NCBI GenBank assembly: GCA_046483985.1 | Contig: JAWOCD010000095.1 | Span: forward strand, 1-44,789 | DNA: 44,789 nucleotides | Reading direction: 5' to 3' | Origin: Promethearchaeia archaeon | Lineage (GTDB): Archaea > Asgardarchaeota > Lokiarchaeia > Sigyniarchaeales > SOKP01 | In this document: positions 27,456 to 37,490 of the stretch, in pieces | Layout: each line of letters starts with the position of its first letter | Numbering within the stretch: the stretch's first letter is position 1 | Position numbers and translations under genes: made by a program | The notes under the pieces: model-generated | Database searches by the model: none | What the model saw: only the letters and a program-made list of their open reading frames with translations | Told to the model about the DNA's origin: nothing

Positions 27456-28709
27456 TTAAATTCGGGAAACGATAAAGTCAATGATAGTCACGATACGTAT
27501 CCTTTCTTGTATCTCTGAGTCCATTTCTTCTAATGCATCCCTTAAATTCCTCACACAGAATGGGCAACTGGTCAATAGTATCTCAGCATCAGTATCTATA
27601 GCTTCCTCAATTCGTTCTTTTGAAATGTCAACCGCAAGATCGGAAAATTGACTCTTCACCCCGCCCCCCGCACCACAACACCACGCATTTTTTCGATTTC
27701 TCTTCATTTCAATTAATTCAATTCCGGGAATTTTCTGAATCACTTTACGAGGAATTTCATATAACTCCATATGCCTACCTAAGTGGCACGGGTCATGGTA
27801 AGTTACCTTTATTTTCTCTCCTTTCTGATCTTTAAACGGAATTTCGTCATTATTTATCATCGCAATGAGGATTTCTGTGATATGTTTGACCTCAAAAGGT
27901 AATTCCTTACCGATAACTTGTGGATAATCCTTCTTAAGGGTTCTATAACAGCCCGCACAGGGAGAAAAAACTGTTTTCGCACCCATTTTCTTAAAGAGAG
28001 AAATGTTGTGACGGACTATTTCTATTACAGAATCATAATCTCCAACACGCATCGCAATAGATCCACAACACCATTCATCCCTTGAATAAGCAATATCTTT
28101 TCCGGTCGCTTCAAAGATAATCATCATATTTTTTAACGTTTCCGCTTGACGCAAGGGCATCGTGCATCCTCCGAATATTGCAAGCTCCCCCTCCTCCTTG
28201 ATGTTTGCAAAACCTTCCGCCCATTCATATTTTTTCGCTTTTTCCTCCCCGTAGGGGTTTTTTATATCTACTTCGTTCATATATTCGATTAATTTCGCGT
28301 GTTTATTAAGGGGTGCATATCCAGCATCAACAAGATCACGGCGTAATGCGTGCCAAACATCTACATGGTTGATCCATTTGGATGTATTTAGAACAATATT
28401 CGTATTTTGAGTTTCATGACATACTTCCGTGCAGTTACCACATATAGTGCATTGATAGACAAACTCAGCTAATTCTTTACTTAAGGGAAGTTTTCCTTCT
28501 AATATACTTTTTAGAACGGTCATCCGGCCCCGAGCAAAAAAGATTTCAAAAGCATCACCACCCTTCGCTTCTTTTACGGGACAAGTTAAGTATCTCCCAA
28601 CAGCGGGTCTGATGGCATAGCCACATTCTCCACATCCCATACAAGAGATTATGGCCTTTTCTTGTTCTTTTAGATGTTTTAATTCACCCATTATTCCATA
28701 TCTCTCCAT
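27456..28709 (-). CDS. Fe-S oxidoreductase with 2x4Fe-4S and two CCG domains (GlcF/HdrD-like)
   Basis: CMGCGEC, CTICGNCTEVC, WCCG, YHDPCHLGR, CCGAGGG, TSCPFC. Confidence 0.9.
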   Translation of the reverse strand: MERYGIMGELKHLKEQEKAIISCMGCGECGYAIRPAVGRYLTCPVKEAKGGDAFEIFFARGRMTVLKSILEGKLPLSKELAEFVYQCTICGNCTEVCHETQNTNIVLNTSKWINHVDVWHALRRDLVDAGYAPLNKHAKLIEYMNEVDIKNPYGEEKAKKYEWAEGFANIKEEGELAIFGGCTMPLRQAETLKNMMIIFEATGKDIAYSRDEWCCGSIAMRVGDYDSVIEIVRHNISLFKKMGAKTVFSPCAGCYRTLKKDYPQVIGKELPFEVKHITEILIAMINNDEIPFKDQKGEKIKVTYHDPCHLGRHMELYEIPRKVIQKIPGIELIEMKRNRKNAWCCGAGGGVKSQFSDLAVDISKERIEEAIDTDAEILLTSCPFCVRNLRDALEEMDSEIQERIRIVTIIDFIVSRI

Positions 28710-30211
28710 AAATTGAATTTTCCCCGGGATAAAATAAACTTGGGGTCTATAGACTGTTTAATCCCTCGGAGTAACTCGTAGAATGGCTCCGTGTATGCAC
28801 CTATATCCACCATTAACCTACTCATGAAATCTCCCATCATATACCATTGGACACCGTGTTTTGTAAGGCGTGTTAGCAAATCTTTCCACAGTTTTAGGTT
28901 AGTTTCCTCAACTATCTCATGGGTTTCTCCGTTATAGTATTTCCCAAAACTTACAAAACCAGCGGTCAGTTCCACATTATTCCCGTCAACTAATAAAATT
29001 GGACCGCTTCCCGATATCGGTCTAAATTCCGTGATTTCTAAGATCTTATTGATATCTTCTTGATGCTCCATGTCCCACAAATCGAGATCGTTTAATAACT
29101 CTGGAAATGTATTAATAGGAGTGAAACATTCTGCTGTTAAGGGTTCTAAACCTGGAACCAACCCCCAAAGACTATGATATGTCTGCCAATGGCCTTGTTC
29201 CGTATAATGCCATTTGGCAAAATTCCCGTCCGAGATGTCGGGTCCTAAATAAGTTGTCTTTTTAGTTTCTATTATAGTATCCAATTGATTGACTTTTTTT
29301 TCAAGTTCTGCTTCTGAGTTTGCCTCCACTGTATAAAATAATATTCCTCGTTTGCGTTTAAGATCTTCCCACATTGGATATCCTCCTTGCTCGGTTCCAA
29401 GCATTACCAAAACATCTGGAATATACATCAGGTCGTATACATCAATTCCTTTCTTTCTGACTTGCGTCATAATATCTGCTGCTGCTTGGGCTGACTTTCT
29501 GGGAAGCTGATAAGTTTTATAATCAGCATAGGTAGGGCGCGGAAATATTTGTAACGTGACTTTAGTTTTTACGCCATAAATTCCGTTATCGCCGCAGAAA
29601 AGTCCCGCGAAATCGGGACCATTTCCAAATCGATTAAAGGGAAATTCGGAAAACTTATTTGCTTGAGAACCCGTTTCAATAATTTCCCCGTTCGGCAAAA
29701 CTACCTCCAGTGAGACGAGCTGATTGGTGCATGCTCCATACTTTGCACAGCCACCGCCGCCAACAGAATGATGACTTATTCCTCCCCCTATTGATGCTGT
29801 CAGACCAGATCCAGGACCCATGCAGCCCGTATAAAGTCCAAATTGAGAAAGATAATCATTTAATTTCCCCCAAGAAATTCCCGCCTCCACCGTAACGACA
29901 AGATTCTCTTGATCTAAATTTAAGATAGCGTTCATACTCTTCATATCAAGGAGGATGCCACCTTCCTCAACGGGTTTACTTCCTCCAAATTCACAATCTC
30001 CGCCACCTCGAATCCATACTGGAGTATTCTCTTGGTTGGCAACTTTTAATATTTCCGAGATTTCTTGGGTATTCTTAGGTCGGATTACAATATCAGGAAT
30101 CTTTTGTAAAACTGGGTCAACATTCCGGGAATAGGCATGACGAACGTTAATATCATTCGCAACAGCGCTTTTTGAGATAATTTTAGTTAATTTCTGAAAT
30201 AATTCAGACAT
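28691..30211 (-). CDS. FAD-binding oxidoreductase (GlcD / D-lactate dehydrogenase-like)
   Basis: PDIVIRP, RGGG, VEAG, ASIGGG, LEVVLPNGEII, IK.SIDP.FIL; overlaps the Fe-S partner gene. Confidence 0.9.
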   Translation of the reverse strand: MSELFQKLTKIISKSAVANDINVRHAYSRNVDPVLQKIPDIVIRPKNTQEISEILKVANQENTPVWIRGGGDCEFGGSKPVEEGGILLDMKSMNAILNLDQENLVVTVEAGISWGKLNDYLSQFGLYTGCMGPGSGLTASIGGGISHHSVGGGGCAKYGACTNQLVSLEVVLPNGEIIETGSQANKFSEFPFNRFGNGPDFAGLFCGDNGIYGVKTKVTLQIFPRPTYADYKTYQLPRKSAQAAADIMTQVRKKGIDVYDLMYIPDVLVMLGTEQGGYPMWEDLKRKRGILFYTVEANSEAELEKKVNQLDTIIETKKTTYLGPDISDGNFAKWHYTEQGHWQTYHSLWGLVPGLEPLTAECFTPINTFPELLNDLDLWDMEHQEDINKILEITEFRPISGSGPILLVDGNNVELTAGFVSFGKYYNGETHEIVEETNLKLWKDLLTRLTKHGVQWYMMGDFMSRLMVDIGAYTEPFYELLRGIKQSIDPKFILSRGKFNLWRDME

Positions 30212-30402
30212 ATGTCATGAACTTATTATATTTAATTTTTGATATAATTATCAAATTAGTATTATAAAGATAGAATAAGTTGATTTAAATAAATTTCGCG
30301 TCTACAAATATCCAGAATTTATTATAATTTATTATATAGAATCTTTAATTTATCATATAAGACTCAGAATCTAACATTTTAAGATTTCGAAGGGATTTCA
30401 TA

Positions 30403-30975
30403 ATGAATAACAAAAACCATTACCTTAAATTAACTCTTGTAGTTTTGCTTGTTTTGCCGATTCTTTTTGGAATCAATCGGAGATATCTTTTTATCATTCA
30501 AATAACGCCATTTATTATCTTAATGGCGATTTTTGGAGTCTTGTTGCTCATTGGACTTGGAAAGTTAATCATAACATATGGATTCAACCAAAAATCAATG
30601 GAGATAATGAAAAAACATGAGGTAATAAAAGCATTTACACAAAAAAACTTTCGAGTTATTTTTCTTTGGTTCCCTATTACGATATTAATGGAAGAATTAA
30701 TTTTTAGATATTATATCACTGGGTTTTTAGCTTCGGTATTCGACTTATTGCGAGCAATTTCACTAGCCGGTTTAATTTTTGGTTTCTATCACATTCATAT
30801 TTGGTTTTTTTCTGAGAATAAAAAAATTACCCTCATCTTTATTCTTTTTTCGCTCATATTAGGCATTGTTTTAAATTTTATTCTCTATTATTTGGGAATC
30901 TTGTTTTGTATAACAATGCATTATTTTCTTGTTACATGGATATATTATAAATTATATAAGCGTTATTTGCAATAG
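30403..30975 (+). CDS. CPBP (CAAX/Abi) intramembrane glutamic endopeptidase
   Basis: EELIFR, FGFYH and C-terminal H motif. Confidence 0.85.
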   Translation: MNNKNHYLKLTLVVLLVLPILFGINRRYLFIIQITPFIILMAIFGVLLLIGLGKLIITYGFNQKSMEIMKKHEVIKAFTQKNFRVIFLWFPITILMEELIFRYYITGFLASVFDLLRAISLAGLIFGFYHIHIWFFSENKKITLIFILFSLILGIVLNFILYYLGILFCITMHYFLVTWIYYKLYKRYLQ

Positions 30976-31254
30976 ATTTATTTCGAGTATGAAGAATCCT
31001 CTTCAAAGCATTTTAGAACTTTTCTCAAGTTTAATTCAATCAAAATATATTATTAATTAAGGTAAGGATAAAGAGATTAATAATATACCAAAAAGACAGG
31101 CTATAATTACTCCTAATTGTAGCGGAGGTTTATTCTTATTTAATCAAATACTGACATTATTGCTCCCAAAAAGTTGATTTTTTAAAAAATTAACTTAAAT
31201 AAAATCGAATAATACATATAATACAGTACAAATCAATTAATATCTGGAGATTTT

Positions 31255-31596
31255 ATGTCTAAAGTAAATGAAAAAGTAATTGAATACATTCGTGAAATCC
31301 CTCCCCCATTTCGAATTATTGTTGAACATTTAAGAGCATTACTTTTTAAAGTGGGAGAAGATTCGAATATTACAGAAACATTGCAAAATGGGGTTCCAGT
31401 ATATAAAATACAAGCAAAAGCCTACTTCTTTATCGAGAAGCAACCAAAAGAGCACATTAAATTTGGTATACTTGCAGAACCCCAAAAAAAGTATAAAAAA
31501 GATTTGGACGCCAATGTAATCAAAATTCAGAGTAAAGAAGATATAAAAACATTTGGAATCGCTGAATTAATCAAAGAAACCATTAATAATAGATAA
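31255..31596 (+). CDS. DUF1801-like protein
   Basis: V.EYI..IP...R.I...LR.L and ET...GVPVY pattern. Confidence 0.65.
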   Translation: MSKVNEKVIEYIREIPPPFRIIVEHLRALLFKVGEDSNITETLQNGVPVYKIQAKAYFFIEKQPKEHIKFGILAEPQKKYKKDLDANVIKIQSKEDIKTFGIAELIKETINNR

Positions 31597-31713
31597 AAGA
31601 GATCCATAAATTTATACACATATAATATATTATATTATACCATTATATTATTAAAAATTTTCAAAAATTTTATCAATAGAATTAATCATTTTGATGAGGA
31701 TAATAGCAACTAT

Positions 31714-34449
31714 ATGGACGGTAGTAATTTAAAAAACAATAATGCCAAAAAAATTTCCTATACGGAGTCTTGGAAGAAATCTTCCGAAGAAGTTCTCAAA
31801 GAACTAGATGTCGAGCCAAATAAAGGGCTTAATTCAGGGGAGATAGAACCCAGAAGGATAAAATATGGCACCAATCAAATGGAAAAAAAAGAAAAAAAAA
31901 GCGCCGTAGAAATCTTCTTTAAGCAATTTAAGAGCATTATGATTCTTCTTTTATTAATCGCATCGGTAGTTTCTTTAATATTTGGGGAGATTGTGGAAGC
32001 TATCGCAATCTCTGCAGTCATCATTATTAATACGATAATAGGATTCGTTACAGAACTAAAGGCCTCACGATCCATAGAAAGTCTTTACGAATTAACAAAA
32101 ATAGAGACTAAAGTAAAAAGAGAGAATGAAATACAAAAGATCACGGCAGATGATTTGGTCGTTGGAGATATTGTATATTTAGACGCGGGGGATTTAGTAC
32201 CCGCTGATTTAAGGATTTTAAAATGTTCAAAACTCCAAGCAAATGAATCGTCATTGACTGGAGAATCAATTCCGGTTAATAAAACAAAAGACAAAATAAC
32301 TAAAGAGGAAACCAGCCTAGCTGAAAGAGAAAATATGTTATATAAGGGAACGGCTATTACACGCGGATCGGGAAAATCAGTAGTTGTTGCAACGGGCAAT
32401 GATACAGAACTCGGAAGAATTTCTATATTGGTTCAAGAAGCTGGAGAAGGAGAAACACCCTTGACCCAGAGATTGGAAAAATTAGGAAGAAATCTGTTTT
32501 GGGTAACATTAGTTATTGCCGTTATCGTTGCAATCAGCGGAATTCTCCAAAATAAAGATATCTTTTTAATGATTGAGTCCGCATTAGCGTTAGCAATAGC
32601 AACTGTACCCGAAGGACTTCCCATTGTTGCCACAATCTCATTAGCCCGAGGTATGTGGAGGATGGCAGAAAAGAATGCATTAATCAATAAATTATCCGCA
32701 GTAGAGACTTTGGGCTCTACCAATATCATTTGCACCGATAAAACGGGCACGCTTACAGAAAATCGAATGACCGGAGTAAAATTATTTGTTAATGACAAAA
32801 TGATTGAGATTACGGGCAAAGGGTTTGAAACAGAAGGAGATTTCTTAATTGATGATAAACCAATAAATCCAGAAAACATGAAGACAGTGGCTCAATTACT
32901 CAAGGTATGTGTCTTGTGCAACAATGCTACTTTAAAACCTAAAGAAATAGATGATGAGAAAAAAGCTGTAGGAGACCCAATGGAAGTTGCCTTATTAGTT
33001 ATGGGAGCAAAAGGCGGATACTTTCGTGAAGAATTAGTAGAAAAATTTCCTGAGGTTAGAGAAGAATCATTTGATCCGAATCTCAATATGATGGCAACAT
33101 TCAATAAAATTGAGGGGGAACATTTAGTCGCAGTAAAGGGGGCTCCCGAGGCAGTTCTAGATGTTAGTAAGTCTTATATGGGAGATCAAGGAATTAAGGA
33201 ATTGAATGAGGAAACTAAACAAGTCTTTCTACAAAAGAATAGAGAGCTTGCTAATAACGGTTTGAGAATAATAGCAGCGGCATATAAAAGGGTGGATTCT
33301 GCGAAAACAGAGCCCTATTCTAAGTTAATCTTTTTAGGGATTATTGCTTTGTTGGACCCCGCAAGAACGGAGGTAAAACCAGCAATAGAAACCTGTATTA
33401 AGGCAGGAATTAAAGTTATTATGATAACGGGAGATCAAGCTGCCACTGCCAGATATATAGGAATAGAACTTGGATTAATAAAGAAGGAAGGTTCCCAAGT
33501 TAAAGATGGTAAAGCAATTAAAGCCTTCAAAGATTTATCGGAGGAGGAGTTACAATCCCTTAAGGCTACGAGAATCTTTGCCAGAGTTGAACCTGCCCAA
33601 AAATTAAGTTTAATCGATATTTATCAAAAAGAAGGTTACGTGGTGGCAATGACAGGTGATGGAGTAAATGATGCTCCCGCGTTGAGAAAGGCAAATATTG
33701 GAGTTGCAATGGGAAAAAGAGGAACACAAGTTGCTCAAGAATCCGCAGATATGATTCTTGAAGATGATAATTTCGGAACTATCACTTCGGCAGTAGAAGA
33801 AGGGCGAATCATTACAGATAATATTAAGAAATTCGTAATCTATTTGCTCTCATGTAATATTAGCGAAATTCTGTTGGTTTTTTTCGCATCATTATTAAAC
33901 ATACCCTTACCCATCCTTCCTTTGCAAATTTTGTTTTTAAATGTAGTTACCGACATTTTTCCTGCCTTTGCTTTAACCGCAGGAGAAGGTACTCCCGGAA
34001 TGATGGAAATGCCCCCCAGAGATGCCAATAAGCCCCTAATAACGAGAAATCATTGGTTCATTACAGCCCTCTATGGTTTTATGCTTACACTTACCGTTTT
34101 AGGAACATTCATAATTGCATTAAATGTTTTGGAAATTGAAGTAGCCAGAGCTGTTACCATCTCGTTCTTAACTCTCGCATTCGTCCAATTATGGCACGTG
34201 TTAAACATGCGAAATTTCGATACTAAATTTTTCAGAAATGATGTCACCTCCAATAAATTCATTTGGGGTGCAATCGGTTTAAGTATTTTTCTGATTTTAT
34301 TAGCGACTTATTTACCGGGGCTTTCTCTGGTCCTTAAAACAGTTAATCCAGGTCTTGACGGTTGGTTTTTAATTTTGGGGATGAGCATAATCCCATTAAT
34401 CATAGGGCAAATATGGAAATCTTTCGGAAAAGAGATATCTATTTTTTAA
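31714..34449 (+). CDS. P-type IIA cation (Ca2+-like) transporting ATPase
   Basis: LTGES, PEGL, DKTGTLT, KGAPE, TGD, GDGVNDAPAL. Confidence 0.95.
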   Translation: MDGSNLKNNNAKKISYTESWKKSSEEVLKELDVEPNKGLNSGEIEPRRIKYGTNQMEKKEKKSAVEIFFKQFKSIMILLLLIASVVSLIFGEIVEAIAISAVIIINTIIGFVTELKASRSIESLYELTKIETKVKRENEIQKITADDLVVGDIVYLDAGDLVPADLRILKCSKLQANESSLTGESIPVNKTKDKITKEETSLAERENMLYKGTAITRGSGKSVVVATGNDTELGRISILVQEAGEGETPLTQRLEKLGRNLFWVTLVIAVIVAISGILQNKDIFLMIESALALAIATVPEGLPIVATISLARGMWRMAEKNALINKLSAVETLGSTNIICTDKTGTLTENRMTGVKLFVNDKMIEITGKGFETEGDFLIDDKPINPENMKTVAQLLKVCVLCNNATLKPKEIDDEKKAVGDPMEVALLVMGAKGGYFREELVEKFPEVREESFDPNLNMMATFNKIEGEHLVAVKGAPEAVLDVSKSYMGDQGIKELNEETKQVFLQKNRELANNGLRIIAAAYKRVDSAKTEPYSKLIFLGIIALLDPARTEVKPAIETCIKAGIKVIMITGDQAATARYIGIELGLIKKEGSQVKDGKAIKAFKDLSEEELQSLKATRIFARVEPAQKLSLIDIYQKEGYVVAMTGDGVNDAPALRKANIGVAMGKRGTQVAQESADMILEDDNFGTITSAVEEGRIITDNIKKFVIYLLSCNISEILLVFFASLLNIPLPILPLQILFLNVVTDIFPAFALTAGEGTPGMMEMPPRDANKPLITRNHWFITALYGFMLTLTVLGTFIIALNVLEIEVARAVTISFLTLAFVQLWHVLNMRNFDTKFFRNDVTSNKFIWGAIGLSIFLILLATYLPGLSLVLKTVNPGLDGWFLILGMSIIPLIIGQIWKSFGKEISIF

Positions 34450-34462
34450 TTTTTTTATTAAT

Positions 34463-35302
34463 TTATTTTGATCGGTATTTTTTAAAGAGTTTATCGGGAG
34501 CGATATAACCCGAAATTGTTTTCGGACCTTTAAAATACTCTGCGTGGGGAAAGAGCTTGAAGTTAAGAGCATTGGTCGGACATACGCGGAGGCAATTAAA
34601 ACACGCAATACAATCCGAAGCTGAGATGATCGGTCTATTTTTAAATTGAATTGCCCTAGTAGGACAACTTTCCTCACATAATTTACAATTTTTACAGAGA
34701 GGCTTAGCGAATCCGACCAGTCGGGGAAAAAACCGATAAAATACCCTTTCAAACGGCTTGAAAAAAAACCTCAGCCTATTTCCGAAGATATGTTTATTTG
34801 ACCAGTCAACTACGCCACTTTCGGGATTTTCCACTAGTTTTGCTAATTTATATCCAAAAACGACTGCACGCATAATATCTCTTTTTTTCCAACGAACAAA
34901 TTTAAAATATTTGGAATCTATTACAGAATCTCGGGTTGGAGAGATTTGCTCAAAGAGCCCAATACACTTGTAATCTTTCTTATCCAATATATCTCTGGCA
35001 TTTTGAATGGCATTCCCAGGTAAACCCGCGTTACTGTCGAATAAAAAAAAATAGTTCTGAGCATTAGAGCTTTTTGGAAGAGAATCTATCCAATTCATTA
35101 TATTTGGGGGATAACTCATTGCATAAATCGGACCTCCGATTCCAAGGATTTCATAGTTTTCAATATTCTCGGCTGAATTTTTGAAATCCTTAAGTCTTAT
35201 CAGTTCAGCCTGAAGATCTGCTAATTTAAATCCAACTTGTATGAGTTTTGCAATGTATTTGGTATTTCCCGATGAAGAAAAATAAATGAAGGGATTCTTC
35301 AT
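34463..35302 (-). CDS. EFR1-like flavodoxin/ferredoxin fusion
   Basis: YFSSSGNT flavodoxin loop and two CxxCxxCxxxCP motifs. Confidence 0.85.
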   Translation of the reverse strand: MKNPFIYFSSSGNTKYIAKLIQVGFKLADLQAELIRLKDFKNSAENIENYEILGIGGPIYAMSYPPNIMNWIDSLPKSSNAQNYFFLFDSNAGLPGNAIQNARDILDKKDYKCIGLFEQISPTRDSVIDSKYFKFVRWKKRDIMRAVVFGYKLAKLVENPESGVVDWSNKHIFGNRLRFFFKPFERVFYRFFPRLVGFAKPLCKNCKLCEESCPTRAIQFKNRPIISASDCIACFNCLRVCPTNALNFKLFPHAEYFKGPKTISGYIAPDKLFKKYRSK

Positions 35303-35784
35303 GGTGTTTTATTTTTTTTCCGTTTCTTTTTTTCAGTAGATTGCAATTCTAACAAAAAACCAAGAGTATCTTCCGTATCAAAATAGGCAAAATTTTGTTT
35401 CCCAATATGACCCAGATGTACTGGCTCCATACCTTTTTGCCCAAGTTTCTTCACATATTTATCTAAATCTTCTACCCTACAACTGATATGCTGAAAGCCT
35501 TCATTTCCATTATCTAAGAACTCTTTATGTATCCCTTCACCAGAAATCCATTCAATTAACTCAATTTGCTTTCCAAAATACCTGGTAAAGGCTATTTTAA
35601 TGGTATAGGTTGAATTCATTCCGCGATATATAACCTCTGAAGTGTTGGGTGGAAGGACAGCAAACTTTGGCATCCCCCATATTTCTTCCATCATTTTAGC
35701 TTGTTTTTCTATATCTTTATAGACATATCCAAATTGGAAAACCTCTAATTCTCCCACGAATTTAAGATCTACTTCTTTTCCCAT
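35299..35784 (-). CDS. VOC/glyoxalase-family protein (methylmalonyl-CoA epimerase-like)
   Basis: QFGYVYKD, QIELIE, EGFQHI, FAYFDT, LLEL. Confidence 0.85.
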   Translation of the reverse strand: MGKEVDLKFVGELEVFQFGYVYKDIEKQAKMMEEIWGMPKFAVLPPNTSEVIYRGMNSTYTIKIAFTRYFGKQIELIEWISGEGIHKEFLDNGNEGFQHISCRVEDLDKYVKKLGQKGMEPVHLGHIGKQNFAYFDTEDTLGFLLELQSTEKKKRKKNKTP

Positions 35785-35845
35785 TTTAATATCAAACTTG
35801 TATTTTATTTTTTAGTTAATTTTTCTTTATTCTTACAATAGTTTA

Positions 35846-35861
35846 GAAAAAAATTTAAATA
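35846..35861 (+). promoter_or_regulatory. BRE/TATA-like element upstream of the trp leader
   Basis: GAAAAAAA-TTTAAATA about 50 nt before the leader ATG; could also serve the divergent VOC gene. Confidence 0.45.
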
Positions 35862-35912
35862 TCATTAAAAACCTTTTTTTATAACGCATTACAAAGTCAA
35901 GTTGGAAAACTT

Positions 35913-35984
35913 ATGAATGGAAAAGGAAAATACACTCGTTTTTTACCTATAACTTGGTTTTGGGCTTGGCGTTGGCGTGCATAA
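35913..35984 (+). CDS. trpL: Putative trp operon leader peptide MNGKGKYTRFLPITWFWAWRWRA
   Basis: 23 codons with 4 TGG within 7 codons near the 3' end, same strand and upstream of trpD. Confidence 0.8.
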   Translation: MNGKGKYTRFLPITWFWAWRWRA

Positions 35985-36425
35985 ACTTTTCTTGCATCGG
36001 CCAATAATGATTCTTGTAATAGCTTAATAATCTAATTCTAATTTGCTATTCTAAGATTTGTGTTATAGATAAAATATTATAAAAAATTCATCAATTAATT
36101 ATAATAACTCTGGAATAGGTTAGGCTTTTATAGGAGTCCAATAAAATTAAGCATTTTTTAAATAATCAAAAATCTCAAATATAATTCAATTAAAAAAATT
36201 GGAATGAAGAATAATGAAGGAATACAAATGTATCATTTGTTTATATAGTAGGTTTAGTAATTTAATTGGTAAAAATAGGAAAAAAGATACGGAAATCCCT
36301 ATGCACATGGAATCAAAAGAGAATGACCAAATAAAATCTGAAATATTCAAGCAAATGATGGATTTGGTAAATATTAGAGATATTGTAAAATACAAAATTT
36401 AAATTTTCAAATGGAGGTAAACAAA

Positions 36426-37484
36426 ATGGAAAAAACGAATGTTATAACTGCCATCAAAAAGATTCTTGAGGAAAAGCATTTACACCGAGAAGAAGCCGCA
36501 AATATAATGAAAGAAATTATGTCTGGCAAAGTTTCAAATGCACAACTTGGAGCGTTTTTAACAGCGCTCAAAATAAAAGGTGAAACTATTGAAGAAGTAA
36601 CTGGATTTGCTGAAGCTATGCGAATGTTTGCAAAGCAGATCAATCCTGAAGTAAAAGGAAAACTATTAGATACATGTGGAACTGGAGGAGATAAAATAAA
36701 AACATTTAATATCAGTACTATTTCAGCATTTGTAGTGGCTGGAGGAGGGGTTTCAGTTGCCAAACATGGAAACCGAGCAGTGACCAGTAACTGTGGAAGC
36801 GCTGATTTATTAGAAGGTTTAGGGGTAAATATAAACTTAGAACCAAAGCAAGTCAAAAATTGCATAGAAAAGACCGGAATTGGCTTTATGTTTGCACCTC
36901 TCTTTCACCCTGCCATGAAACATGCAATGCCAACTCGGAGAGAACTCAAAATTCGGACAGTTTTTAATATTTTAGGGCCCTTAACAAATCCAGCGAATGC
37001 ACAATGTCATGTATTGGGAGTTTTCGATAAAACTTTAACAAAACTCATGGCAAATGTGTTAGGAAACGGATTACAAGCAAAACACATCTTTAGTGTACAT
37101 AATTCATGCGGGGTTGATGAGTTAGTTCCAATGGGCATTAATTACATTACGGAATATCAGAGCGGCAAAGTTAAAAATTATGCAAAGACTAATGAGGATT
37201 TCGGGATTCCCCTGTGCAATGTTAAGGATTTACGACCCGACTCTGTTAAAGAAAACCTAAAAATTGCAGTAAAGATATTGAAAAATGAGATGCGCGGTCC
37301 GAAATATAATACAATACTAATGAATACCGCATTAGCATTTCAAAGTGCAAATATGGCATCTGATATTCTGGAAGGAATGGAAATTGCGGAAAATTCGATT
37401 AAATCGGGAAATGCATACAAAAAGTTGGAACAATTGATTGAAGTTTCAGATGGAGATATGCAAAAATTAGTACAAATAGTATAA
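36426..37484 (+). CDS. trpD: Anthranilate phosphoribosyltransferase
   Basis: DTCGTGGD, FNIST, KHGNR, GSAD, RTVFNILGPL.NPA; start chosen after GGAGGT SD (ORF track start 36411). Confidence 0.95.
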   Translation: MEKTNVITAIKKILEEKHLHREEAANIMKEIMSGKVSNAQLGAFLTALKIKGETIEEVTGFAEAMRMFAKQINPEVKGKLLDTCGTGGDKIKTFNISTISAFVVAGGGVSVAKHGNRAVTSNCGSADLLEGLGVNINLEPKQVKNCIEKTGIGFMFAPLFHPAMKHAMPTRRELKIRTVFNILGPLTNPANAQCHVLGVFDKTLTKLMANVLGNGLQAKHIFSVHNSCGVDELVPMGINYITEYQSGKVKNYAKTNEDFGIPLCNVKDLRPDSVKENLKIAVKILKNEMRGPKYNTILMNTALAFQSANMASDILEGMEIAENSIKSGNAYKKLEQLIEVSDGDMQKLVQIV

Positions 37485-37490
37485 TAACCA

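Noticed and set aside
3678-35302. Selenocysteine or pyrrolysine recoding in the Fe-S and redox genes
   Set aside because: These ORFs appear complete with Cys motifs intact; no in-frame TGA/TAG extension or convincing SECIS was seen by eye
36214-36402. 62-aa ORF between the leader and trpD (and its antisense 36186-36395)
   Set aside because: AT-rich, no motif or clear SD; cannot be supported as a gene, although a second uORF cannot be excluded
35985-36425. Classical bacterial terminator/antiterminator pair for the trp leader
   Set aside because: No GC-rich stem followed by a U-run was found, so a textbook attenuator is not claimed
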